DNA of 64,000 nt, taken from Naegleria gruberi (Eukaryota). This document shows positions 13,623-26,300 of this stretch, piece by piece. Every line of letters starts with the position of its first letter. The first letter of the stretch is position 1. The stretch lies in assembly GCA_000004985.1 (NCBI GenBank), contig GG738855.1; one strand, written 5' to 3'. The translations under genes were made by a program, and so were the position numbers. The notes under the pieces were generated by a model. The model ran no database searches. It was not told the DNA's origin and saw only the letters and a list, made by a program, of their open reading frames with translations.

Positions 13623-14183
13623 TTATTGTTGGGATTCAACAAAGGCTCCCTTTTCGTTTATCTTTCTATTCTTTGCTCCTTGATGCTTTTCAACGAATAA
13701 TTTAACATTTTCTGGGACTTCATAAGTTTGTGGTGGTCTCTCCTTTTCAAGTTTAACAATGAACCATTCCACGAGGTCCTTAACCTTGAGAATTTTAGGT
13801 AAATCAGCATTAGGAATTTCTCTTCCGAAACGAACCATAGCGGTTCTGAAAACTTTAAATCTCAAACTTTGTTCTCCCAAAGCAAAATTATATACGTCGT
13901 TTGGAGTGTATCCTTCTTCTTGAGTTATTTTTGTAACAATCTTCTCCAATTCTGATGTGAAGAGTTGTCTCAATTCTTGGCGAGTTTTTGTGAATAATTC
14001 AGGAGTTATAATACCTCTGACTTCAGAGTCTTGTTCTCTATGTACATTGTTTGTTGAGAAAAGTCTAACACTGGCAAATTTATGATGATGAGTGAAAGCT
14101 ACGGAAGATGATGAAAACTTGGAGCATGATGAGAGAACGCTCTTCTTTGCAACAACGGCGCGCAAGAATTTAGTTGCGAACAT
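13623..14183 (-). CDS. Small protein with a predicted mitochondrial targeting presequence (186 aa)
   Basis: ATG-initiated ORF. The N-terminus MFATKFLRAVVAKKSVLSSCSKFSSS is amphipathic and basic and lacks acidic residues, which is typical of a presequence. It is followed by a globular KE-rich domain. The specific family is not recognised. Confidence 0.45.
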   Translation of the reverse strand: MFATKFLRAVVAKKSVLSSCSKFSSSSVAFTHHHKFASVRLFSTNNVHREQDSEVRGIITPELFTKTRQELRQLFTSELEKIVTKITQEEGYTPNDVYNFALGEQSLRFKVFRTAMVRFGREIPNADLPKILKVKDLVEWFIVKLEKERPPQTYEVPENVKLFVEKHQGAKNRKINEKGAFVESQQ

Positions 14184-14312
14184 TTTTTTTTAATTTCAAA
14201 TTTTTTAAAATTACAAATAATAAAAACTGTACATCAATCATCAATATGTAATACAATATTAAAAACAAGTAACAATCTTCTCCTTTTAATTATTAAATTA
14301 TTACCATCTTTT

Positions 14313-16250
14313 TTATTTTGTTCTCTTCCGAATTGTTTCCAAAATAGACACAAAGAAATTAGAAACACTCCTTCTGTCATCGAATAATTTTGGTATTGAT
14401 GTGAAAAAGTATCTACAATAATCTAGCAAGTAGGGAGTATTTACACGGGCAAGTAATTGGACTAAAAGTAAAAAGTCAGGCGCAACAGTAGAGGAAACCT
14501 TGATAACTTGTCTGTGATCTGTTCCAGCACTCAATTTTTCTACTTTTTCAATGTCCAAATTGTTATTTTTACAATATGTAACAAGTGAAACCTGAGATAA
14601 TGAATCCTGATTCCAAAGTGAAGACACAAGTTTGACAAATTCAGTATCCACACATTTTGAATTTTCTACAACAGTAGAAATGATTCTATATTTTTCTGGA
14701 GCCTCAAAACCATCATCTCTACTCAGTATTACCTTTTGAACTGCAAGGTCATCCTTACTAATGACCAGATCGAAAGATTTCATTCCATTAAAGTATTTCC
14801 TTTGAACCATTGAAGAATATTCGAAAATATCTGGCATTTGATGTCTTTCAGTATTCGTATAGGTCTTGTTATTCAATTTAAATCTTTTACCACAAGCTTT
14901 TACTCCATAACGTCCATCCTTATTTCCAATCTTCCAATCACTAATATTATCTTTCAATATCTTGATAAAATCTTCTTTCTTTCGTGGAAAATATATTTCC
15001 TCATTAACAGATATTCCAATATAGTAATTCAATTCGTTAGTTGATGGGTATCTAGCTTCATATAATCTTAATTGTTTAACTATTTGTTTCATGTCAGTAG
15101 TTTTCTTCATAACTCTGGTTTTCATTTCAAAAGTGACATCCTCTTCCTTATTAATCTCGCTTCTTGAGATTTTGTTAGCTTTCTTATTGGAAGAGTCCTG
15201 AATTACATTTTTAGAAGGGACATAATAACATGGTAGAATATACAGAGAATTAGTGTCAAAGTATTGAGAATCTAGTCCCTTGTCTCTATTATCAGTTAGT
15301 TCTAAATTCTTGTATTGGTTTGAGAATGCTCGTTGAATGATTTCTAAATTTTTAATATCCCGTGAAATTTCGTATAATATTCTTTTCATAAAATATGCAC
15401 TGATACTATTCCAAGAGATGGTTGAAGTAAGAGCTAATATTCGTTGAAAGTCTGGCTCTTGGCACTTTGAGCTCTCAATAAACTTATTAATATCATCACT
15501 AGAGTCCAATTTATCAATTCCTGATTTATCATCAAGATTAGAAATATAATATTCATAGGATTCTGGTGAAATTTCATTATTCTTCTTTAAATGATAAGCC
15601 AATCTTTGAAGATCTCTATGTTGACAATTTGAAATATGAAGGATGCTAGAAATTTGATCTGACAATTCAACACTTAATGCTTGATCCAGGCCTTTCACAA
15701 AAAGAATTCTTTCCTGTGGTAATGGTACAAAAGTCAAGTCGTGCATTTCAGTTTTGTCTTTCACTATCTTGATTAACATATCATAAGAATTGAAAGCAAT
15801 TTTTTTAAGAACCTTCACCTTGTTCCAAGATACAGTCTTTTTTGATTGTTGATCAGTGTCATACAAGATAACACAACTTACACTTGAAGAAAATTCAAAG
15901 CCTAGCAGAGAACTCACCTCTGTAGGATAGAGAGGCAAATAAATTTCTTGAGTATCGTTGAGAGAAATTCCGATCACTTGTATTGAAAAAACATCGTCAT
16001 TGTCACCCTCTCCTTCCAAATGGTAAACTCCAATATTTTGCATCAAAAAACTGTTATTAATTCTTTGTAATATTTCCACTTCTTCCAAAGCACATTTTCG
16101 CAAAGAAACTTTACCGTATCCAAGGAAATTATTGGGATCAAATTTATAACATCGAATGGATAGCTCTTTCATGTTCTCTGTTTGCTGATGCATTCTTCTT
16201 TTTGGCTTTGTTATTGTGTGGTTGGTGAATGTGTTGTGTAGGAACGCCAT
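14313..16250 (-). CDS. Uncharacterized protein, 645 aa
   Basis: Uninterrupted ATG-initiated ORF with protein-like composition and no convincing match to a family I recognise. Confidence 0.5.
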   Translation of the reverse strand: MAFLHNTFTNHTITKPKRRMHQQTENMKELSIRCYKFDPNNFLGYGKVSLRKCALEEVEILQRINNSFLMQNIGVYHLEGEGDNDDVFSIQVIGISLNDTQEIYLPLYPTEVSSLLGFEFSSSVSCVILYDTDQQSKKTVSWNKVKVLKKIAFNSYDMLIKIVKDKTEMHDLTFVPLPQERILFVKGLDQALSVELSDQISSILHISNCQHRDLQRLAYHLKKNNEISPESYEYYISNLDDKSGIDKLDSSDDINKFIESSKCQEPDFQRILALTSTISWNSISAYFMKRILYEISRDIKNLEIIQRAFSNQYKNLELTDNRDKGLDSQYFDTNSLYILPCYYVPSKNVIQDSSNKKANKISRSEINKEEDVTFEMKTRVMKKTTDMKQIVKQLRLYEARYPSTNELNYYIGISVNEEIYFPRKKEDFIKILKDNISDWKIGNKDGRYGVKACGKRFKLNNKTYTNTERHQMPDIFEYSSMVQRKYFNGMKSFDLVISKDDLAVQKVILSRDDGFEAPEKYRIISTVVENSKCVDTEFVKLVSSLWNQDSLSQVSLVTYCKNNNLDIEKVEKLSAGTDHRQVIKVSSTVAPDFLLLVQLLARVNTPYLLDYCRYFFTSIPKLFDDRRSVSNFFVSILETIRKRTK

Positions 16251-16358
16251 TTTATTTTATTTGTTGGTGCGTTTTGATGATTTTTTTACCAGCATTTAGA
16301 GGTTTGTTTGGATGCAAAAAATTAACGAAAACTCAAGTAAAAATTTTATTTTCAAAAT

Positions 16359-18251
16359 TTAATGCATATAAGTTTCAAGGTCGTCCTTAACAGTTTCCCA
16401 CAATTTTCCACTCTTGATGAGTTGACAAATATTTTCAATATCTGGTGAAAGGAATCTATCTTTTTCATATTTTGGAACTACTGATCTAACCAATTGATAA
16501 ACCTTTTCTAAAATTGGCGTAGTTTTGAGAGGTCTTAAAAGATCAACACCTTGACAAGCACACATTAATTCAATTGCCAAAACATATTCAACATTCTTGA
16601 CAACATCAAGACATTTAAGACTAGCAAATGGACCCATAGATACGTGATCTTCCTTAGCAGCAGATGTAGATAATGTATCATTGGAACTTGGATGCACCAA
16701 AACCTTATTTTCACTGGTTAATGCACTAGCTGTACAGTGTGCAATCATAAAACCAGAGTTAAGACCTCCATCTTTAACCAAAAATGCTGGTAAACCACTC
16801 AAGTTACCATCAATTAAACGAGCAATTCTTCTTTCACTGATATTTGCCAATTCAGTAATACCAATAGCCAAAAAGTCCATAGCCTTAGCAGGATATTCAC
16901 CATGGAAATTACCTCCACTGACAATTTGTTCGTCATTTTCCAAAGAAGTTGTCAAATGTAATTCTGAACGAGAATTTTCATCATCTAAATGTATGTGATG
17001 CGAGTTTGGAACCTGACTTCCTTTCTTATTACTAAATACCATTGGATTATCGGTGGCTGCATTTAATTCATTTTCCATAATATTCTTACAGAATTCAACA
17101 GTGTCGTTGACAATACCATGCACTTGAGGAATACATCTCAATGTATAGGCATCTTGGACTCTTGAACAATTCAAATGGCTTCCTGAAATTTCAGAAATTT
17201 CAAACTTCTTTTCATTTCCAACAGCTGTTTCAAGTTAATAAATATTATTTTGTTAAAACGTACTCTTTTCGGAGAACAAAAGGGATCTCATTCTACCAGC
17301 AACTTTAACTTGTCCAGTGTGACGTCTGGCAGCATGAATTCTAGCATCAAAAGCTTTGAATGTACCTCTAAGAGCTTCCAAAGTCATAGCACCAACAATA
17401 TCAGCAACACGAGTGGCATTAACAGAACGAACCAAAGCTTCAGTACCCAAAGCACAAATGAATTGAGTACCATTGATAAGAGCCAAACCTTCCTTAGCTT
17501 GAACTTGAATAGGTTCCAAACCGTGTTCCTTGAGTACTTTGGCAGCATCCTCATAGGTCTTTGTTGAAGGATTGTACATTAATCCTTCTCCCATCATTCC
17601 GAGAGCCATGTGAGCAAGAGGAGCCAAATCTCCAGATGCACCAACACTATATGTTAGAAATTATCCACATCATTATAATTTTCCACAATAATATTTAAAG
17701 ATTATTAATTATCATCATCATAAATATAAATTATATATATGAAATTATTAACACACTACTAATACTCACCTTCCTTTACATGGAACAGCAGAAATGCATC
17801 CAGCATTAAAAGCCTTTACCAATTTTTCAACAGTATCCAATCTAATACCAGAGAAACCCTTTGCCAAAACGTTAATACGGAGAGCCAACAACATTTTAGA
17901 TCTTTCCAAAGATAAGTACTCTCCAACACCAGCAGAATGAGAACGAATTAAATTCTTTTGTAAATCTTCAATATCTTGCTTTGCAATAACGGTTGTAGCA
18001 AAACTACCAAAACCTGTATTAATACCATATTTTACCTGATCAGTAGAGATGATATCATCAACAATTTTTCTAGCCTCCACAACACGTTCCTTTGCTTCCT
18101 CCGATAATTGAATTCTAGTTTTAATATCGTAACCAATTTGATATAACTGCTCACAGGTCAAATTGTCTCCATCCAACACAATGATATGATGTTCGTTGTT
18201 GTTTTGCATTTTTTTTATCAATTCGGAGGAAAAATCATCAAACTCCTTCAA
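16359..18251 (-). CDS. HAL: Histidine ammonia-lyase (histidase); 3 exons complement(join(16359..17182,17264..17646,17770..18251)), about 562 aa
   Basis: Three adjacent minus-strand ORFs encode collinear pieces of histidase. They include the MIO-forming region [15 protein letters not shown], which is reconstituted exactly across the 17647..17769 intron (GTGAGT donor, ATATAG acceptor), and [17 protein letters not shown], which spans the 17183..17263 intron (GTACGT donor, TTTCAG acceptor). Exon phases 2 and 1 are consistent across both junctions. The C-terminal exon carries a roughly 34-aa His- and acidic-rich insertion relative to animal histidase. Confidence 0.9.
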
Positions 18252-18430
18252 ATGGCACAGAGTTTACAATATAGATTTCGTTACCTCTTCAACTAATAAG
18301 GATTCTCAAACATGAAAAAAGTTGAATATTTTTCTATTACAAGATGGTTTAACAAAACGTGAATTTTTTGAAAGAAATAGTAAAAAACTGTTATCCATCA
18401 TATTAACATGATGTAATCTTCACATTTGAA

Positions 18431-20317
18431 ATGGAAACTTGCGAAAATCATCACAAAAAAATGAATCAACTTCCCGAAGATTTGATCTTTTCAATTTTTC
18501 TCTATTGTCCCAAGACTAGTGATGTAGCAAATTTGCTACAATTGAATAGACATTGGTTGGGTGTGGCAAGATATGAAGCCTTGTGGCGGATGAGGTTTGC
18601 ATTCCATTTATCGGATAGAATTAAGAGTGAGGAGGAAAGATTGGCCGATAATCAACAAGCCTTGTCAACTTCTAGATCAAAGGGAACAATTAGAAAATTA
18701 AAATTACTTGCAAAGAGTCATGTTGATGAGGCTGAAAAATTGTACACCAGAGAGAAGGTTTGTGAACACGGAGGAGATGATGATAGAGAACAAGGTATTG
18801 ATTTTTATACTGGATTCCGTTTCTATACAATCTTTAAAAAGGAAATTGAAGGTTTAAGAATTGGAAAAATGACTGAGAAACTGATGGAGCTCATATCTTG
18901 TAATTATGAAAGGACTAATTATGCAGTTAATGATGAGAATATTTTGACTGATGAAAACCCATTGAAAAAGAAATGGAAACGGTTTATTGACTTTGTTGAT
19001 TCCAATTTGGTGCCAGACTCAGAGTCTGCTATCACAGATCAATATTACATGTTACAAAAAAATTGTACAGCTCAGTTTGCAACCAAATTTGAGGCAGATT
19101 TATCCTCAATGATGAAAAAATTGAGAAAGTATTTTTTCAAACTTTCAAAACCTAAAGAAGAACTCTATCAAGAATTTAACAATGCAGTTGCAAATATTTT
19201 GGAGCCAGTGAGGATACTGACAGACACCTCAAAATACAAGTATCCTATTGATGCTTACAAATGCCTTCCTGTAGCTGTTGAATCTATGAATTTTGATTTG
19301 GTACACTCACTTCTCGTTTCCATCAAGGATGATTGTAAAAGAACTGATTCTGAAAGACAATATCGTGACATTTCTGTGAAGAACGGAGATGCACTTGATT
19401 TTTGCAAAAAATTAATGACGTCATTTATGAACAAATCCTATCCAGTGGAAAATATTATGTATTTCTTGAATAGTATGGTTGTGATTTTTCCATCCTTGAT
19501 GCATGAATTGAGGAATAAGAACCATGCCAAGTTTAAATGTGATGAAGATTTATTGGCCAACTCAATAATTGATTGTAGAAATTACTATACAGGTATGGAA
19601 CTTTCTATGGAGCTCTTCGAGAAGGCAATTAGAGGTATGTAGAATTTAGTATTAATTTTTTGACTTTCAAAAGATTGGGGATTTCCAGAGGGTTCTAACT
19701 TTGTATCAAAGCTTTTGTATAGTTATCATAATGTCTGTAAAGTTTCAGATTTCACCTCCTCTCTGAGGAGAGATGTAATAGATACAGGAAAGCTTATTCA
19801 CCTTATTGAATTATATGAGGAGGTTTCTGGTGAAAAGTGTGATGATGAATTTGCATTCCTCTGTGCCGCATGTACCCCAAATGTTGAACTATGTAAATAC
19901 TTTACAGATACAAGAGGATTATCTTTGGAGAAAAAAATAACCAGTGGCATGCACGCACTGCCATATGGTTATATGAACTATTATTATCCACAGACCGAAG
20001 ACTTCATGTCAAAGATCGAATTTCTACTTGATAGAATGGATAATTTTTTCAATTATGAAATTGCTGACATAGTCAACACTGATCCACTTCTGAGATTTTT
20101 CTATTCCATTGCTTATGCTGATGCTAATCTTGTAGAAAATGAAGAAAAATATTTTAGAGTATTGAGAAAAATGTTAGACAAGAGACCAGACCTTGCTTAT
20201 AAAATTCGTGGTGATACTTCTGCTTTGGATATTATTGACCACCTAAAAGATGTAGAAGCGGTACAACAGGCAATTAAGATTATTGAGGAATACCAAAAGA
20301 AATGGGAAACAGAATAA
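18431..20317 (+). CDS. F-box domain protein; 2 exons join(18431..19634,19689..20317), about 610 aa
   Basis: The N-terminal F-box motif (LPEDLIFSIFLYCPKTSDVANLLQLNRHWLGVARYEALW) is clear. The first ORF ends at a GTATGT donor at 19635. The ATTTCCAG acceptor ending at 19688 joins it in phase 1 to the downstream ORF, which lacks an ATG in the correct frame. A TTGAC branch-point-like site lies within the 54-nt intron. Confidence 0.6.
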
Positions 20318-20348
20318 ATGAAATGGTTGTTAATTTATTACATTCTCA

Positions 20349-23300
20349 TTAAATCAAGAATACAGACAATACAGAAAATACAATAGCCAACAAGCCAGCA
20401 AAGTTTGTTGAACCAGCACTGATAACCTTACTCTTAGAGGTCTTTGGAGTGATAACAGTTGTACTCTTTGAGGCAGTTGGAGTGACAGTAGAAGTACCGG
20501 TAGCAATAGATCTACTGACAGCATAGGTACCACTTTGTGAAACTTGAATAGTGGCAGAAGAGGAAGAAACAATTGAAACACTACAAGATGAATCCTTACT
20601 GAAAACCTTGGTTGAGTTATTCCAAAGCAAACAATCATATTTGGAAGTACTTGTACCCAAAGTAAAGTTACCACTAAGAGTAATTCCAATCTTCACTCCA
20701 TTCAAGCTCAGCTTGGCACCAGTATCAGCATTTTCCAAGCTAAGTTCAAAGAGTTTGGACATAATGGTCATACTTTGAGAATAAATTGCCTTATACAAAT
20801 TGCTCAATTGCTTGATATTAACACCAATTGAAGTAATCGATGAGGAGAAGCCAGCAGTAAAGTTAGCAGGCAATTGATATTGAGTATTATTAGCAATAAC
20901 TTCACTGTAAGAAGCAGTAGAAGATGCAGAAATCTTCTTGGTATAAACAATAAATTCACTGCTTGAGGAAATTGAAGCTGCTTGATCGAGGAGTTGATTC
21001 TTACTCATGCCTGCCAATAAACTAGCAGCACTGTCCAAAACAGATTGTGAATCAGTGGCAAGAGATCTCAAAGCTTTAGCACTTCTTGTAGAAATACCAG
21101 AGCTGGATAAGATATTCTTAATAAAGTTTGATAAGGATGAAGCAATTGAATTGGCAAGATCACTTGAAATTGGCTTATCAGAATTTGCCAAAGCAGTCAA
21201 TGACGAAGCAGTAGATTGCAACATTTGACCTCTGGTATTGGAATCAACCAAATCCAAACTATTAACTGCAGCAGAAATGAATGAAATGGTTTCAGCAGCA
21301 TCTTCAACACTAACAGCAACTTGAGATTGCTTACTCAAAACTGAACTAATAACATTGACAAGGAAAGCCTTGACTTGAGTAACAACTTCAGCTGCCAAAT
21401 TTTGATTAGAAATTGAAGACAATGAAGAAACTGCAGCAGCACTACTAGCAGTAGAATCAGCAACGTTAGCACTTTGGTTAAGGAAATTCAATGCAGCTGA
21501 ACCACTTGTCAAATCAGGAGGATTAGAAATAACACTTGTTTCAATATCACTGAAAGCATTCTTTGAATCGAATACTCTAGCTCTAATTCTCAATTTCTTA
21601 TCAGCAGCTGGACTAGGTGGCAATTTAGCTTGAACTTGATTATCAGTAGTTCTACCAGACAATGTACTCCAGATTCCACGAATGGCATCATAGAAGAAGA
21701 ATTGATAAGTCAATGGAGAGTTAGAATCATACCATCCACTACATGTGACGGTAACAGTATCAAGACCAGCAGTACTACTTGCAGGACTGGCACTAATGGC
21801 TCCTGGCAATGGTGGGCTGTTAACAGTAAATTCGAATACAGAGTAACCACCTGCATTTTGAGTAGAAACATCAACACGAACTGAATAAGTAGTATCGGCA
21901 GAAAGTGCCTTACCAGAGATGAGCAATGAACGACCACTTGTCTTTGAAATAGTTGTTGATCCTTCACTCAAAGTGAAACCTTCAGTCAATGAAGACCAAG
22001 TGAAATTGATAGGATTTTCTTGAGCTGGAACATAATTCAATACATCAACAATGAGTGGAATATTTTCACCAAGTGGAATTGATGATGGAATCCAATCATT
22101 TCTAGTAAGTCTAATACTAGCAGTAAGAACTGCATAACCAACCATTGAAACATAAACTTCTTGTGATGCAGTTCTTGATCCCTTAGTATAGGTTATAACA
22201 ATTGAATATTCACCTTCTGGTAATGAAGCAGCAGGGAATGTAGCAACCTTATTAGAAATAACACCTGACATGCTGTATGAACAAGCAGAATTGGTTAATA
22301 AATTGGTACATGTTGCTGAGAATGTATCAGTGCTTGCATCTCTAGCTGGATCATAAGATCTAGTGAAATCAATAGCAAAACTTGTTGTAACAGAGGCCTT
22401 TCTAGTAGTACCACCAGTAATCATCAAGACAAGATCGGTAGCAATAACTTGCAAAGTAACAGTAGTTTCATAGGATGAAGCTGGTGATGCCTTAGCAACA
22501 GCTCTAACCTTGAATGAATAGGTACCAGCAGATGGGAAAGCATTTTCAAGGAAAATAGCAACTCTATTGTTATCTCTTAATGTCATAGTAGCTGTGGCTG
22601 GTCCAGATTCTTGTGACCAAGTCCAAATCAAAGTACGATCACTGAAGAAACAAGATGGATATTCAACAATTGGAAGAATAGAATATAAACTACCCATATT
22701 GACAGATTGAGAAGCACCACCTGGAATACGAACAATAACTGATGGAGTTGATGAAACAGTAAACTTGAAACTAGAAATGGCAGTTAAATTGAAACCATTT
22801 GTAACAGTGACAGACATGGTAAATTCACCATTTGATAATAAAGAAGCGTCCAAATATCCAAAACTTCCACCAACAAGAGCCAATGAAGCAGAAGCAGCAG
22901 TTAATGAACCAGGTCCAGAAATTGAGTAAACAAACTTCAAAGGTCTTCTATCAACAGAAACTGAAGCAGAAGCATCAAATAAGAAAGTAGTACATGAAGA
23001 AACATTCTTTGGACCACGCAATTCAGCACTTGGAGGTAAGAATGAAGATCCACTACTAGTAACTGAAACTGAACCAAATGCATTGTCATTATTTTTAACT
23101 TGGAGAGCATCACCTGGCAAAAGAGAAGCAGCACTACCCAAAATGATTTGGAATGAATTCTTTGAACGATCATCCCATCTACAAATTGGAGCAGAACCAA
23201 CAGCCTTCAATGATGATTCAGATAAAACAACAGCACAATCAATGTTGTTAGTTAATGAGGGGAATGCAAATTCGAATGAAACTCTATCACCAATAGAACC

Positions 23301-26300
23301 AAATGTTGCACTTGAACCAAGTTTGATATTACATTTGGATCCACTCCAACCAGAGGCACATGAACTACAAGATTCACCAGCATACATACCCAACAAGTTG
23401 TTGGAAATACAGGAACAAGCACCATTAGCAGTACAGAAACCATTTCCACTACATTTCTTCATTGGATCACAAGTAACATTACAACTAGGTCCATACCAAG
23501 AAGCAATACAAGTTCTACAGAAAGGACCAGCAAAGTTTCCAGTACAACTACAAGTAGTATCAGCATTACAAGTACCTCTTCCCAAACAAGTAACATTAGC
23601 ATTACAAGCTAAACTCTTACAATCAGCACCTCCATAATTAGGTTGACAAATTTCACAATTAGAGCCAGCCCAGAAACCACCTGCTTGAGTTGAGTTACAG
23701 ACACAGGTATTTGGACCAACACAAGCACCATGTCCCATACATGGATTATTTTCATAAGAACCACAAGTGAAAAGTTANNNNNNNNNNNNNNNNNNNNNNN
23801 NNNNNNNNNNNNNNNNNNNNNNNNNNNACAACTTTGAGGTTTGATCAAGACCAAAGCAAACAAAGAGTGAGCATGTTGATCCTGCATAACCCTTAGCACA
23901 GACATTACATTCATTACCAGCCCATCCATTCTTACAGACACATTTATCTGGACCTGAACATAAACCATTTCCAGAGCATGAACCAACAGTCTTTGAGTAA
24001 CAAACAAAGTTTTCACAATTTGCACCATATCTGGTTGTATTACATTGACAAACGTCTTGAGCAATACATTTACCACCACCTGAACAAACGCTCAAGCTTG
24101 ATGCAGCAACACCCTTACAAGTAATAACTGTAGTATTTGTGTTGGAATTTGAATTAATTTCACAATTCTTTCCAGTGAATCCTGCATTACATTGACAATA
24201 ATCAATATCAATACATTTACCATTTCCTGAACAAACCTTAGAATTATTTGACAAGATGCCAAAGCATGATAAAATGTTTTGGTTATTGTTGTTGTTAATT
24301 TCACAACTCTTTCCACTGAAACCACCATTGCATTGACAAGCATCAATACCAATGCATTTACCGTTTCCTGAGCATACATTAGTATTATTGGCTAATAAAC
24401 CAAAACATGATGGGGCAATTTCACAATTCTTTCCATTGAAACCACCATTGCATTGACAAGTGTCATTGGAAATACATTTACCGTTTCCTGAACAGACCTT
24501 AGTATTGTTTGACAAGAAACCAAAACATGATGGCATTGGTTGATTGTTGTTGTTGTTATTAATTTCACAATTCTTTCCATTGAAACCACCATTACATTGA
24601 CAAGTGTCATTGGTAATACATTTACCATTTCCTGAGCAAACCTTAGTATCATTGGCTAACAAACCAAAGCATGATGGCATTGGTTGATTATTGTTGTTAT
24701 TATTAATTTCACAATTCTTTCCAGTGAAAGAAGGATTGCATTGACAAGTGTCATTGGCAATACATTTACCGTTTCCTGAACATGCATTAGTATTATTGGC
24801 CAATAAACCAAAACATGATGGCATTGGTTGGGTACCATTTCCATTATTTTCATTATTTGGATTAGGTGGCAATTCGTAATTCATTGGGTAGTAAACAGTA
24901 TCAATAGCAATATCAAGTTGAGCACAAATACTGGCACCATTGACAGAGATTGGAATATTCATTTCAACTGGACCAGATCCGGTATCCTTAGCAAAACCAA
25001 GCTTACTTGGAAGAGGTGTTTTGAGAGGTGAAGGAACCTTATTCAAACACAATTTAACACCAGTCATATCATTATCGAATGAGTAACCATTACCAAATAA
25101 AACACCAACGGCTGATTTGGTTGCATTATTAACAATTACAACAGTGTTAGGATTTCTAAAAGTAGTTCTAGCTTCAACAAATTTAACATCATTGAATGAT
25201 ACTTGAGGAGGAACAGTAATAAAACCAAATGATAAAGAATCAGAAACAGTATTCTTGTCTGCTCCAGCAGGAACAACAATATGACTATCAGTAAATGTTA
25301 AAAATTTCATATTGCTACAAGCTGGATCAGAACCATCACCACATTTACATGAAGTGAATGTGATAACATTTTCTTGCATATTTGTCAAACAGGTCATCTT
25401 CTTAGCAACCAAATCTGGCTTCATATTAGCAACCATTGTAGTATAAACCTTAGCTGGAATTTGAGATTCAGGATTCAATGACCAAACCCATTTTCTTGAG
25501 GCAACAGGTTTAGTAACATCCCATTTCAATTCCTTTTGAGAAGCCTTAACCCAGTTACCATTTCTGAAGTTGTAAACATTCTTAATTACAACACCATTTG
25601 TACATGAACTATCCTTACAAGTTGAAAGAGAATTGAAAAGACCATTTTGTGGATTGAAACAACCCTTGAATGCATGACAGGCATCAACATTATTTGGAGG
25701 AGCCAATTCCCAATATCCTAAAGGACAGAAAGTATTTGGAACTGCATTGAGAGGAACAGTGAAATTATTGTTACTAATTGAAACATTAAACTTGGCAGCA
25801 ACTTGAGCACTAGAATCTTTACACAAACACATATCCATCAACTTGTCATATGAACAAGTGGCTGGACAATCTGCCAAAACAGAAGGAACAGCACAAATAA
25901 CACCATGAACAGGATAACCTTCACATACACCATTAGCAGTACAAACTTCAGTTGAGTTGCAATCAGGACAATTAATATCACATTCATAAATATTATCGCA
26001 ATTACTCTTAAGCATGGCTTGATTTGCCTTACCACACATAACGTTTGTTGGACAAGTAGTGTTATCATAGAAATAACCATCAGCATCAGAATCAATCATT
26101 GAGCAATTCAATGTACTATTGCAGTAAAAACAACCTTCATTACCACAGCTAGTGAATGGGCAACTGGTAACACTTTCACAAACCTCTTTAGTAACTTGTG
26201 GGACTACAGCATTAGTAGCAAGATCGATACATTTTGGAATCATGACATTGTTAGAAATAACCAATGGAACAATATCTTCCTTAGTAGAATTAATTAACAA

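Noticed and set aside
16880-17040. Hidden in-frame intron explaining the 34-aa insertion in histidase
   Set aside because: No GT...AG pair restores the canonical NPMVF(A)N...SGGNFHGEY spacing in phase. I kept it as a coding insertion, pending cDNA evidence.
23083-23637. 184-aa plus-strand ORF (and several 60-110 aa ORFs) inside the EGF-repeat gene
   Set aside because: It is antisense to a strongly supported, highly biased coding region made of S/T/Q-rich low complexity and repeats. Such regions open long spurious frames on the opposite strand.
24092-24853. Possibility that the regular 126-129 bp tandem repeats are a CRISPR-like or satellite array
   Set aside because: The repeats are in frame and each encodes a complete EGF module with conserved Cys spacing. 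They lie inside a eukaryotic gene with introns elsewhere, so this is a coding tandem duplication and not a CRISPR or satellite repeat.
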